From positions 39,902,119 to 39,966,118 of the forward strand of contig NC_057723.1 of assembly GCF_004010195.1 (NCBI RefSeq): DNA of 64,000 bases, written 5' to 3'. The translations under genes were made by a program, and so were the position numbers. The stretch is from Chiloscyllium plagiosum. Its lineage: Eukaryota. Shown one piece after another: positions 37,420 through 50,247 of the stretch (position 1 is its first letter; the number at the start of each line of letters is the position of its first letter). The notes beneath the pieces are model-generated. The model saw nothing but the letters and a program-made list of their open reading frames with translations, was not told where the DNA came from and ran no database searches.

Positions 37420-38324
37420 CATTTCTGGAAAACTAGTGTGCTTATCCTATAGGGAATGAATGAGCAAGAATTAAACAGAACTTGTAGTATTTCTCAATGT
37501 CAGGAATGTAGAACAAGAGAGAGCTATGTAAACACAAATCAGAATTCTGTTGTTATACTTCTTGGAGCAATTACTTTCCAAACCCCAAAACATTGCCTGG
37601 AGGATGCAGTGCCCTTTGCATTTGACATTAAGTATTTACGTAGCAAATATCCTCACCATTATATTCTGTTCATATTCTCATTGACAATGATACTTCTCAT
37701 AAATAACACTGCCCTTTGTGGTCTATAAGATGATGTTAATATTACAATAGACTCGTGAATTCTGACTAGCTGCTTGTTGTTACAAGACAGAGCATCATCC
37801 AAGATGAGTTTTAAATGATTGCCACCGGATAATTTGCCAAGCAAAACAATTGAATTGCAGCATATTTCTTGGTTTGAGTTGCTGATCTTCTCTGCAATTG
37901 AGAATAACATCATAGAGCTGGTTAATGCACTCTTGAATGGTTCAAATAAATGCAATGACCCTCAAACAATTTTTGTTCATCTACACCATATTGTTAATTG
38001 GATAAAATAATGAATTTATTTTGTCACTGTAATAATCCAGTAACATTGCTAATGTCCTTATTAAATAGATGAATGAAGTTAGGTTTTTCTCTTTCTTCTC
38101 TAGGTAAGTGTTATGTGGTTCAATTTCAGATTGTGCCTTCAGCTTGTTTAATAAATGTACAGTCAGCAAAATCACCATTAAGTTGGAGACAGCAGATTCT
38201 TTACAGTCTCATATGCATGTCAATTACCTGTTAACGGATTTCTTTCCAGCTGTTAACTTCATAACCTCCAATCTTTATTGAAGATACATTACGTCCAGTT
38301 TGACATCAATAAGTTATTGGCTCT

Positions 38325-38890
38325 TTGTACAGGGAGGGCTAAGAGACAAATGCCCAGTTTAAAGTACCTTAGTCATCAAGAGAGAATATAAATCTCGCAT
38401 TTTAGAGAAATAGGGACTTTGGGGTATTCTGATTGAAACTTTAGCAATGGTGACAGGACTAGATTATATTCTTGTTGCTTTCCAATTAAAGATTATGGAA
38501 GACTAGAACTTGCAGCCAGATCTAGTTTAAATAGCAGGAAATGGTAGAGCTGGTTGCTGCTTGTTCAGTGGACGTTAAGTTATTCAGTCAAGAATTAGGC
38601 CAGTTCCTAGATGGGACTAAGGCCATGTTGTTTAAAAAGGTAGGTTAAGTAAACAACAGAAGGCCAGACTGATCTCCTGGACTAGCTTTGATCGCCATAT
38701 GATGGTACAGGGCTGATTCATGGAGTATAATTTCCCAGGTTTCTGGTGCCAAAAATGGTCTGAATTTATCTCCTTTTTTATTCCTTTTTTTAGGACATTA
38801 CATTATTTTGGCAGAATGTAAGTTGGATATAATATGTCATATGTGGGGGACAAGCTGGATGTTCAGATGGTCTTTTGCAGTTTGGTATTG
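38325..38890 (+). mobile_element. Ancient CR1-like 3' remnant
   Basis: Faint match to RRLRGDLIETF (ctttggggtattctgattgaaacttt) and a ggacaagctggatg...gatggtctttt 3' end. Confidence 0.4.
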
Positions 38891-39792
38891 CCTTTATGTC
38901 CATATGCTTAGAGCAAAGAATTCTGTAAGATATCAAAAAGTTACTTTAATTGGAATCAGGATAGATCTTAATCCAGATTTTGTTTAACAAAAAACAAAGG
39001 TGATAGATCCCTACTGTCCTGTTGCTGGATTACTTTGACCACTGTTCACATGTTTATTTCTTCAGGGTGAGGTACTCAGAATTACCTATTCACTTTTAAG
39101 ATATCTTCATATTGGTGAAATTGTTATATAAGCTATACAGTTCAAGATTACTGCTGTAAAGCTATGATACAATATCGATTGCTTTGTTTACTTAAGAGAT
39201 AATTGTTGGTTAGGCATTGGGAGTTCATACCAAAAAAACTGATGTATAATTTTGATTCAATAAAAGCTGGTCTTAGTGCAAATAAATCTTCAATGTAAAT
39301 GTGCCAACAGTTCAGAATATATGAAAGGAAATAATAGACAGGCATTCACTGAATTAAATTTGAATTTATTTCCAAGATTGAATAAGTAATAGGATAGACA
39401 TTACAGTTGAAATGATCAATGGAGAAACACATTAGTATGAATGTCTTCTATCTGCTATTTAATGAAGTATTAAAATTCTTTAAATGGGTAATGACACTGT
39501 TAAAATGACAGAGAGAACTGTTAGATTTTATTGGCAGGAATAGCTTTGGGCTGGACTTCACAGAACACAATGGTCTCCATCCCCCACCCCTGCAAACAAC
39601 TGGAAAGAGTCCACTCACAACCCCAGTGGCTCCTCTGGAGCAGTGTAATGTGGGGAATAGCAACTAATGCATTAGTTGCTTTAAATGAGACTCTTCTCTT
39701 CTCTTAGCGGTCCCACCATATCTGCATCTGACAGCTCTGTATTTCCAGCAGCATGAAAGGAAGCCATTGCTGGAACTATACACTGATGTTTT

Positions 39793-40530
39793 GGATGTAG
39801 CTTTGCTCGCTGAGCTGGAAGGTTCATTTCCAGACGTTTCATCACCTTACTAGGTAACATCTTCAGTGGGTCTCAGGCGAAGCACTGCTGATAATTCATG
39901 CTTTCTATTTATATGTTTGGGTTTCTTTGGGTTGGTTTCCTGTGGTGATGTCATTTCCTGTGGTGAAGTCACTTTCTGTTCCTTTTCTCAGGGGGTAGTA
40001 GATGGGGTCTAACTCGATGTGTTTGTTGACAGAGTTCCGGTTGGAATGCCATGTTTCTCGGAATTCTCATGTGTGTCTTTGTTTGGCTTGTCCTAGGATG
40101 AATGTGTTGTCCCAGTCGAAGTGGTGTCCTTCCTCATCCATATGTAAGGACACTAGTGAGAGAGGGTCATGTATTTTTGTGGCTAGTTGGAGTTCATGTA
40201 TCCTGGTGGCTAGTTTTCTGCCTGTTTATCCAATGTAGTGTTTGTTACAGTCCTTGCACATATTTTATAAATAACATTAGTTTTGTTTGTGGTCTGAATA
40301 GGGTCTTTCAAGTTCATTAGCTGCTGTTTTAGTGTGTTGGTGGGTTTGTGGGCTACCATGATGCCAAGGGGTCTGGGTAGTCTGGTAGTCATTTCCGAGA
40401 TGTCTTTGATGTAGGGGAGAGTGGCTAGGGTTTCTGGACGTGTTTTGTCTGCTTGTTTGGGTTTGTTGCTGAGAAATCAGCGGACTGTGTTCATTGGGTA
40501 CGCATTCTTTTTGAATACACAGTATAGGTG
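39793..40530 (-). mobile_element. PLE 3' portion (GIY-YIG plus hammerhead), same family as 13901-14191
   Basis: RLPRPLGIMVAHKPTNTLKQQLMNLKDPI...NVIYKI.C...YIG; REFRETWHSN. Hammerhead CCA-CTGAAGA-tgttacctagtaaggtgat-GAAAC-GTC-TGG at 39830-39869 (minus). Confidence 0.88.
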
Positions 40531-42448
40531 AATATTCAGTGGTAAATTTGTCAAGGAAATGCACAGATATCAGTCAGGGGAATTTGTCACTCATTATTTA
40601 GAGCTGTCTTTCAGGGTCAATTGGGGTTGGCCTCAGCCATCTTGGGGCTCTATTCACTGAAAATCAAGAGGGTTATCATAGGTCATTACTGTGGTGGGGC
40701 CAATTGGGAAGTAAATAATGAGGATTGGAAGCAGCATTCTAGAATGCAGTGGGGAGCAATAATTGGAGCAAGTTAGCATGTAAGGCTGAGGGATGATAGA
40801 GCATGTGTGGGATACTGCATGACTGGAAGTCATTGATAGTCACTAACTCCCTGGCTTCAATGGGGAGACAAAGCATAACTACATTTGGCATGACTAAACT
40901 GTGGCTGGAGCTTGGGGGTAACTTGGTGAAATGAGTTAACTAAAAGAACTGGGTGGGAATGTGGGGAAAACCAACCCTGACAGGGTTGACAGGGCGGGAA
41001 GACAGAAAAGAACATGAAGGTTTGGAGACTCACTGTACATTGAGAAATTGAGTTTGAAATTAATTCTGTGAAGTGTTATCTGTGTTGTATCCTATCCTCA
41101 TTCAAAACACAAGTGCACAAAACAAAGAATGGATGCCAACACACCCAGAATGGCTGTTATTGTACTTTGTTTTCTCCAAGGGAGAAGACTGTACCTATGT
41201 GAGGTTCTTCAAGGTGCAACAGCATCACACAGGCACACACACAGTGCAGGTTAAACATTTGTTGTTACATAATGCAGTATGCAGTATGCAAACTCATACT
41301 TTGACTTACAGTTTTGACTAAAAGTCCTGCTTACAAGCAATCTTTACCCAGCACATTTACATTACAAATTCATTCTACTAATGGATGTGAAGTACAAGGA
41401 ATGTCAAGTTCTAGTCTTCCATAATCTTTAATTGGAAAGCAACAAGAACATAATCTAGTCCTCATACCAAAAGCTGCAATCACCTTCCAAGGTTTAATAT
41501 CCTGTGCAAGGTGCAAAAGCTGCTGACTTCATACCTTGGACTATGAAATCTTTGCACCATTATCCTATATTTAATGCTGCCTTTCTTCAAGATTGGGAGT
41601 TGTCGGAGAAGTATTCATTCTTGCTACTACTGTATATGTTCCAATGGCTGGAACAGCATACATCTGAATCAGAGCATGATGTGAAAGCTTCTTGTGGAAG
41701 TGCCCAATTCGTCACCTTGTTGGGAACCTCCATATAGCAATATTTTGGAGATATTTCACTTTTTTATATGTCTGCTACAATTGTTGAATGTTTGCATTGT
41801 TTTGTTTTGTTTTGTTCCTGATATTGTCTACATTGGCTACATAAGCTCATTGGAACCATTCCCAGTGGATCCAGGCACAGTGGCTGTGGTCATCTCTGTG
41901 GTCACTGCACTAAGAACATCCATGTGCCTTTGGAAGCTCAGCACCAGAATCAACCTCCAGTGGAAGTAGTGCAGCCTCCCAAAGTGGAGTTTCCAGCCAT
42001 AGGTACCCTCATGAAGTGTTGAAGGCGCAGGAGAACCACAGTCACATGTCTTTTATGGAATGCTGTGTAGGTGAAAGAGGGGCAGTGGCACGATATTCTG
42101 TTTAGAGGTGGTGATCAAAATGCTATGTCAGTGTGCTATATCCATCAGCAATGCAACTTTTCTTCCATTGAGACCAATGAGATCTATAAATCATCTCCCT
42201 GACATGCAGGGTTAGTGCAGTTAAAAACTAACAACACTGCTTAGTCCTTGGATTCTTTGCTTTGGGCAATGGAGGACACAGCAAGATTATGTAATAGATG
42301 ATACTGAGCTGTGAGAAGTGCTGCATTGTACTGAGTGGGAAATTGAAGGCATTATCAGAAGGAACAGCACCTTCAACAGCCTGCAGCATTGGTCAAAACA
42401 ATGAGGACTTTGAGATTTGATTTTCTGCATTTTTAATTCTAGAATGAC

Positions 42449-42624
42449 TAGAATCACTACCGTGTGGAAACAGGCCCTTCAGCCCAACAAGTCCACACTG
42501 AACCTCCAAAGCGTATCCCACCCAAACCCATTCCCCATATTCTACATTTACCCCTGACTAATGCACCTAACCTACACATCCGTGAACACTATGGGTGATT
42601 TAGCATGGCCAATGCACCTAACCT
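42449..42624 (-). mobile_element. HE1-type SINE 3' half
   Basis: tagaatc...gtgtggaaacaggcccttcagcccaacaagtcc...tttagcatggccaatgcacctaacct. Confidence 0.8.
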
Positions 42625-42625
42625 T

Positions 42626-43560
42626 GTGTGTTAAGATGGTAAAGGACTGCTTTACAAGAAAGGACTGAGGAAACAGTATCTTTACTTTTTAAAATCAAGT
42701 TACTGAAATTTGAAATTCTATGCCAATGTTTACATTGTGGCTTTGCAAGCAGTGGGAAGAAGTTGTAAATTGATGGCACAGCAAGAGGCAAGTGTATAAA
42801 GTGAGATATGACTGGCAACATGTGGCTGATCGGTTTGTGTAACTGTGTCCAATCATGAAAGTCAAAGACCATTAGCCTAATGATAACACTTTGGTTGTCA
42901 ACTCTCTTGAACAGCTTGTGGGTATGAATGATATAATGAGAAGCTGTCAGATATCTGAAAGGGAAACTAGTGTTTCCCCCTCTCATGAGTGAAAATATCT
43001 GAAATGAAAGAAAGTTAGTTATTTTCTCCCACCAGCTGCTGTAAGTAACTGATTTCAATCAATAAGTCAGGTACTTATTAATTCATAAACCCAGTCACAT
43101 TGTGCCTTCTTTGAAGAAATGAAAGAATCTGAAGAAAAAGCTCAGAGAATTAAAGTACTTGGGAAATAAAAGCAACACTCCATTGAATCCTGGGGACTGG
43201 ATCCATTGAACTGTTTCTTCTGTAGTTTATTTTCACTCTATCCACAACATGTAAAGTGTCTGTGTTTTTCTCTCTGTATGTGTGTGTAAGCAGGTGAGCT
43301 TTAGAAAGTGGTTAGAGTTTTAACTAGTAGAGTTATGATAACAGTTCATAGTTGTTTATCCATGGTTAGAATTTATTAATTTGCAATATATATTAGTTCT
43401 TGTTAGGTACAGAAATCTGGCCTGTGTTTACTATTAACCTGAGTATAACAGAAAGCTAAATTAGGAATTATGCATACTTTGATAAAAAGTTTTAATTTTT
43501 GTGACAATAACAGAAGTATAGAGACTTGATATCCAGGTGAGATAGACCATTTGTAAACCT
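42626..43560. mobile_element. Possible degraded LTR-like element
   Basis: Starts tgtgttaag. Composition and motifs resemble the LTR-like segments at 25586 and 58601; no ORF. Confidence 0.3.
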
Positions 43561-46500
43561 CATTGAATGGAATTGAGTTGCATGAAGTCACCTTTCACTG
43601 AGTGTAAAAGTATTGATGCTACTGAGTACGAATCTCCTATAGAGTACCAACTGAAAGTACAGCTGAAGATTTTGTTTTTTTTAATGTTTTTCCTGTTGTT
43701 TAATAAAAAATAATTCAACATTCAAAGCTCCCTCATTCAATTTTGACAGAATTTTATGGGTGCGATGGAAAGGATAGTGATTGTTGAGACAGCATCTGTA
43801 CATTGTGTGCTGCGAAAGATGGTGAACCTCTACTTCCAATCTTGCAGCTGCAACTAAAATGCCATTTGCTCAAAGATGAAAAGTGAACATAAATTTATAA
43901 ATGTGATGATGACTTTACAGTGCCACCCATACCATCTATGTACCGTTAGAAGGTTTTCTTTTCTTTTTTCTTCACACCAGTTTGAGGTGAAGTCCACAGA
44001 CCATAGCTGTGGCGGAGGGAACTTGCCCTATAGTGGAACCTCTTGCCCTTGAAAGTTTGGGTGGGGCTCCCTAGAGAAAGACAGCACCGATCCTTGTGGC
44101 GCATTGAGTGCTAAAGTACCTCTGTTGCCCATCTCTGGGGCAATTTTTCTATCCACTTGCAGCAATCGACCTGGTACACAGCTGGGCTTTAAATATGGTG
44201 CTGATGGCGTGAATCTCAGGAGCAGTTAATACTCCTGCTGCTGGTGAGCACAAGACAGCATGAGAGAGATTCCATAGAGGCATGGTGCATCCAGTTTGAC
44301 TGTCAGATATTCCCTATCCTGTTCAGATGATTTCATTGCTGATTTATTGGATGATAAAAGTTCTGCAGTTTATGGTTGACATCACATTCAGCCTTTTCCA
44401 AAGGCCCTGGGGCTTTTGCAGTTGTCATCCTATTCACACAGTGTAATTTAGAGTTAATTAAGAGTTAGTAGCTTTATAAGTTTTTAAAATAAATTTTACA
44501 TTATGACAATTATCACTCTTCACCTTTTACTTTTAAAGTAAGCAATCTATACTGCTGGCATCGTGGGAGAAGTAGAGGTGAACTGGATGAGTTACCGACC
44601 CTGAATGCGTGAGGAACTGAACTAATGTCAGTTGCAAAAACAATTGAACCCAGGGATTTTGATGTAATTTTGCTACTTGGTGTGTTAGTTGAGCTCTGAG
44701 ACACCGGCAGGTTCAGTAAATTATTTAAAGCATGTTCCTCAAGTAAACAAAATGAGTGTCAAAAGAATGCCAAGGAAAGATGGATCTTTTTAATTTTTAC
44801 AAGAAATGACTGAAGGTGTAATAACCTCATTGTAATTTATAGAGCTATTGAAAGCAAGAATGCCATAAAGTGAGCATAGCTAAATTTTACTAACTTTAAA
44901 ATGAGGTAATTATCATTCAAAATTATCAATAATTACCTAGGATTAAATAATGCTGGGGGACAGCATGAAAAATAAAAGCTCCATGAGGAAAGATAGAATT
45001 TATCTTTCAATACCTCTCTAATGCTGTTTGTAGCCCTCAGACTGACCAATGCGAGGGGTTGTCCAGGCAAAGAAAAAATCCAGTGGCAGTTTTGTGAGGG
45101 TACTCTGATACTTTGGGTTTACGACTAGGCGTTGTACATGAGAATGGTATGGAAAGGATGGGAAATACCTGTTCCCTTCCAACCCTCATTTAATTGCCCC
45201 TAGATAAAAATCATTTTCTATCTTGTAGTGAAATTCAGAAATCACATGCCACAGAGAGGATGCCATGAGGATCTGGCCTTTTTTTTTCCTGATCTTTATA
45301 CCTGATATCAAGAAAATCAGTCCCATAATGGAGAGGTAACACAGTCAGAAACATATGTGAAAGTGAAACAGAACATGCAAGCAAAGAGAAAGGGATAGAA
45401 AAAGATTAAAAGTTATAGTTTTACCGTTAGAGACAGACCAAGTAAACTAGCAACATTTTCAATCTTCAAAATCTCAGGATATTGACTGAAATATATTTCC
45501 AATATTAGACAGCAAATTACCAAAAATATTTATTTTTCGTGATTTAATCACATAAAATAATTAATCTAATTAAATTTGTGGACAGTGCAATAATTAAAAC
45601 TATAATTTTAGCTAACCTTTTGTGAGAGTTCCATAGCTGATTTTTATATTCTGACCAGACTGATCAGGAAGATATATGCCTGGCTTGATCTTATTCCCAT
45701 TATGTTTGAATATAATATTTTTTCTCTAAGAATAATCTGCTCACTGTCTGCATGACTGAAATTAAAGCAGTAAATGCTTTCAAATTCTGCTTTATGTATG
45801 CAATTACTTACAAACACATGAGTCTAGCCCTTTAATGTTTTTTTCATTTGAAACCTGTGATATTTCTTGAGAATTATTGAAGTGAGTAAACAGGCAGTTG
45901 TTTGGAATTCATCTTGTCTTTCATTCGAAAATATCATAAATGTTTAATGAGCCTAAGGCACTAAAATAGTTAACTTCATGAGCTCTAAGCTGATTATATT
46001 TTAAAGCCTGTTGCTATAGGTTCCTATTGAATAAATTAATTTTGGATTCAATAGTAGATCTGCTAAGATGCTAAATAAAAACTATCCTAAAATCTCATAT
46101 TAAAATTGAATCATGAAGATCAAGCTTCTCAAGTTTTAATTCACATTTCCAAATATTAAAATGTACAGGGCTGAACCTGAGCTGTAGCGAGATGTTGGCT
46201 GAATTGGATGACAAGTCCAACAAGGCACATCTCAACGTCAGCAGCAATTTGCTCCATCTTTTATGTTTTTGACAAGTGGCGAGGCAAGTTTCTTGCGAGA
46301 TGGCAGCAAGTTGCCAATTAAGGGGATTATTGCTTTTTAAATGCCATGTTGATAGCCCAGTTTGCCTCATTAATATCCAGCTTTCTATCTCACCATACTC
46401 TCCAAAACAAACAAGACGTCAAGAAAATTCAGTATGGAAACCTGAGTGGATAGTTAGCAGGTTCTGCTCACTGCTTGCTCTGAATAAACCAACACATTGA

Positions 46501-46671
46501 CTACAACCAAACTGCAATCTCGGATAGTCACTTGTTGCCCTTGGACATTGGAATCTGGCATCTGCCAACCTTCATGACAGTCTTTAATCCACTCAAGGCT
46601 GCACATTTGCAGCTAGCATTGAATGACTGCTTCGAGGGCACTTTGCCATTCACGGACAGGTATCCAGTTCA

Positions 46672-46955
46672 CCATAAGACCATGTGATGTAGGGACAGGA
46701 ATAGGCCATTCAGCCCATTAAATCTGCTCTACCATTCAATGAGATTATGACTGACTCCACTTTCATGCATTTTTCTTATAACCTGGGACTCCCTTACTGA
46801 CTAAAAATGTCTATTGGAGTCTTAAGTGTCCTTAACGAACCAGCCTCAACAACCCTCTGTGGTAAAGAATTCCACAGACCCAGTACCCTCTGAGAGAAGA
46901 AGTTCCTCCCAATCTCTAGCTTAAATGTGCAAACCCTTACTCTGAAATTATGACA
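46672..46955 (-). mobile_element. CR1 3' end fragment
   Basis: accataagaccat...aggccattcagccc...gaattccacagacccagtaccctctgagagaagaa is the antisense of FFSQRV..LWNSL plus 3' UTR. Confidence 0.75.
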
Positions 46956-47615
46956 TTAAACCAGGCTACATCTCAGAGCCGCTCGCTTTTTTTTGTTTTC
47001 AGTGCTCACTCCCTTCGTGCCTGCTTGCATGCTCCCAATTTCCCTGCCTTACCATGCTGTGCTAGTTAGCGCAGCCACCTTGCTGTCAGCAGTCCTCAGT
47101 CAAGGACTGTCAACTTACTGTGCGACAGTGTACTCAGTCAATCTCACATCTTCACCATGTACTAGCAGCTTATGCAGCAAACACATGCAGCAACCAGGCA
47201 ACCAGCCTCAAAAACATTGGGGAGTAGACTTCACCAAAGTGTTCCGCCGCAGCAAACAAGTTCAACCTCCGATATCGTACCACGGATTGGCCATGGTTAC
47301 GTGTCTGGATGAAGTGTTCTCAGTCGAGTCCAGGCCATTGCACTTTGGGGTGTGGGTCATGGTCAGTCTTGTCACTCTATAAGTGCCAGTCCAGAGGGAA
47401 GTAGGGCTAATGATTTGGGGAACTGTATAGCCAACACTTAAACCAGGGGCAAGCAGGGGCGGTCATGTGGGAAATCAGGGGTGGGTGAGAACAAGTGAGG
47501 GAAGATGGTGCAGACAATAGTGAGAGTGCAGAGCATGAGTCTTGCTGGGAGGTGAATGCAGCAGCAGAGATGGAGTGCATATGAGGTAGCAGAGTGAAAA
47601 GAGAGTGGCACTTAC

Positions 47616-47852
47616 CCTGGCACAGCTGAGAATGTCATTGTCCATCTTTCGACAGTATTGCCTCTGCATCTGCACCCTGGAGATGGCATTGAGCTGGGTG
47701 GTGACCTCACAGCAGGCTGACCGTGTCTAGTGGTGTGGCCTCCTGTATTGGTCCTTTGGGAATAGGACTTCTTTCCTTTGTATAATCTTGTTGAGTGGGA
47801 TCTCCAGGCTCCTGTCAGAGAATTGCAGTGATATTTTCCCCTTCTCTGCCAT
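47616..47852 (-). pseudogene. PIF/Harbinger accessory Myb/SANT-like (NAIF1-type) exon 1, with in-frame stop
   Basis: ATG at 47852 gives MAEKGKISLQFSDRSLEIPLNKIIQRKEVLFPKDQYRRPHH*TRSACCEVTTQLNAISRVQMQRQYCRKMDNDILSCAR, ending at donor AGG|GTAAGT. It fits the FS..LE.L...RR.VLF...W.E....NA.....R...QCRK..NDL pattern. Confidence 0.7.
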
Positions 47853-48062
47853 ATTCGTGTTCTGTCCGTCAACAAGCAGGACAACATCAGAATGCCAGTG
47901 AACAGTGCCCTTTTAAAGGCGTAGGATGCTGGTCCTTTGGTGGATATCCACCAAATGCTGAGTTGTTCCCAAAATGGAGGAAAGAAAGGGCCAGAAGCAG
48001 ATGTGACAGATGCCATTGGGGAAGGGTAGGTAATGGTGAGACAGGTTTGGTCAGACACAGTG

Positions 48063-48432
48063 ATAGATTCATAGAGATGTACAGCATGGAAACAGACCCT
48101 TCAGTCCAACTCGTCCATGCCGACCAGATATCCCAACTTAATCTCGTCCCATTTGCCAGCACTTGGCCCATATTCCTCTATACCGTTCCTATTCATATAC
48201 CCATCCCGTTGCCTTTTAAATGTTGTAATTGTACCAGAATCCACCACTTCCTCTGGTAGCTCATTCCATACATGCACTACACTTTGTGTGAAAAAGTTGC
48301 CCCTTAGGTCCAATTTTAAATCATTCCCCTCTCACCCTAGACCTATGCCCTCTAATTCTGGACTCCTCCACCCCAGGGAAAAGACCTTGTCTATTTAACC
48401 TCTCCATACCCCTCATGATTTTATAAACCTCT
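48063..48432 (-). mobile_element. CR1 (HER1-like) 3' end
   Basis: DLRGNFFTQSVVHVWNELPEEVVDSGTITTFKR; tail matches 21909-22140. Confidence 0.88.
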
Positions 48433-48999
48433 CCTGCTGATTTTCTCCAGCAATTTGTTTTTATAGCAGCTGATACTGTCCACATTTAGCTCATCAAAAC
48501 CCACCATCCCCATTTCACCATCCATGTGGTCAATTAGTGAACCAAACGTCAAGACCGTGGATGTTGTCTTGTGTCAAAAAAGCCCTCCAAGGAACTCACT
48601 GTAAAGCTAAAAAAACTAAGCCTCCAAATTTCATATCAATATAAAATTCTGTAGTGATCATTTAAAATTTTAAATGGATACTGTTAATTTCCTACATAAT
48701 ATTCCCCAAATAATAGGAAATTCCATGTTTAAATAATCTGATGATTAAGTTTTGACAAAAACTTGAAATTCAGTTTAAGATTGAGTATAAGAGTCTTGGA
48801 GTTTTCTTTATTACCATTTAATGTTTTACTGGATTGCCTTTTAAGGCAGTATAGCAGTTACTGCCAGATAAAAATGCCCTAGTGACAAGTAAAGACTTCC
48901 TTCTGTTCAGTTATTTCAAATCAAAGGTCAAAGTGTCTGCATTTTTAACTATTATATAGGTCTCATTCGTGACTTTAATAAGAGCTGATTTGATACTGT

Positions 49000-49230
49000 G
49001 GCAGGACTGAAAATCTCATTGGAAGGTTTGAAACATATTGAATTCCCAGAAGGAAAGGCTTGAATTTTGGCAATGAGCCCTGATTCAGGATTTTGGAGTG
49101 GAGGTTGGAAATTGGATACAGTTTGTAAGACGGTGGGGTCAAGGGTTATATTTTGTAGAGAGGGCTGATATTGGCAGTTTTAAAGAGGACAGAGACAGTG
49201 CCTAAAAAGAGAGACTATTCACAACACCAT
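49000..49230 (-). mobile_element. L2-like LINE RT fragment, ancient
   Basis: Minus strand resembles VN.SL..GTV...FKTA.I.PL.K..LDP.VL.N.(RPIS). Confidence 0.5.
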
Positions 49231-49379
49231 TCTAAAGTTCACAGCAAGATTTGTAACTCTAACTCTTTCACTATTACTTAGCCTCTAGCCTTATTTATGG
49301 CGAGGTGGAGACATACAGCAAGATGGGATCAATCTAGTGATTGGAAGTCTCTTGGAGCTGTAGTGTATATTGGATGAGA

Positions 49380-50247
49380 GGTACGACAAGGCAACAATGC
49401 AAAGTAGCCAAGCAGAGGTTGATAGTCAAGTTTGGTACCCATGGTAATGGCCTTAACTGGCAACTTGGGTTCATGTCACATTGCAGCTGACCCCACGGCA
49501 CTACACACACATGCACACACACACAGACAAATATAAAGAAACTCCTACAGACACACACACACACGCTCCTACAGACCCATACACTCATGCAGACCCTCTC
49601 TCATACAAGCACTCTCTCACACATACACTCCCACATTCACACGCACGCACACACACACTCACAGACTTATATCCCTTTACACACACTCATACACATACAC
49701 ACACACACTCTCACAGACACTCATACCCAACCGCACACACCCACCCACATGCGCACACATACATATAAGTTTGTGGGGTGAATTTGTACTTTGTTCAAAA
49801 ACTGCGTGAATCCATGTTAGATTCTTTAAATCCCTTTTTTAGATTAGAATCAGTCTGAACATTGGGACACAGACTGCCTCACACAGGGCACCTCACACCT
49901 TCAATGCATTATATGGGCTGACATGGCACCTATTGTTAAAGTTTACTTGAGAACGTAACTTTAGAAAAGTTCTGGGATTTACATTTGAAAGAACTAAAAC
50001 CAACATGGTCATTCTAAAAGATGAGAGATTTAACAAATAATCCAGGTCTTTTTCAATATATAATTTCAGTTACATCACACTGTCAACCTTTGCTACACAT
50101 TCTGTATCTTACAACCTTATACTCCACAACACCTGGTGAAGGAGCAGTGCTCCGAAAGCTAGTGCTTCCAAATAAACCTGTTGGACTATAGCCTGGTGTT
50201 GTGTGATTTTTAACTTTGTCCACCCCAGTCCAACACCTCCAAATCAT
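49380..50247 (+). mobile_element. PLE 3' portion (GIY-YIG end, CA-rich UTR, hammerhead pLTR)
   Basis: KVAKQRLIVKFGTHGNGLNWQLGFMSH; (CA)-rich 49500-49765; CAC-CTGGTGA-a-GGAGC-agt-GCTCC-GAAAG-CTA-GTG at 50130-50164. Confidence 0.85.

Noticed and set aside
37255-37421. Pre-miRNA or DNA-transposon MITE interpretation of the long hairpin
   Set aside because: The arms are PLE pLTR sequence that also occurs singly and attached to a PLE RT ORF (32590-33469). The arms are asymmetric and the 15-bp TSD does not fit common cut-and-paste superfamilies. Small-RNA production is not excluded.
37659-37955. LKLILDD as the Walker B motif of a Polinton or viral packaging ATPase
   Set aside because: No Walker A motif upstream and no other viral genes nearby; the similarity is too short.
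41850-42400. Possible Harbinger transposase remnant (AVK...LGFFALG)
   Set aside because: Too degraded to support from sequence alone.
49500-49765. His/Thr-rich ORFs (also 11345-11683)
   Set aside because: Translation artefacts of CA/GT-rich tracts inside PLE UTRs.
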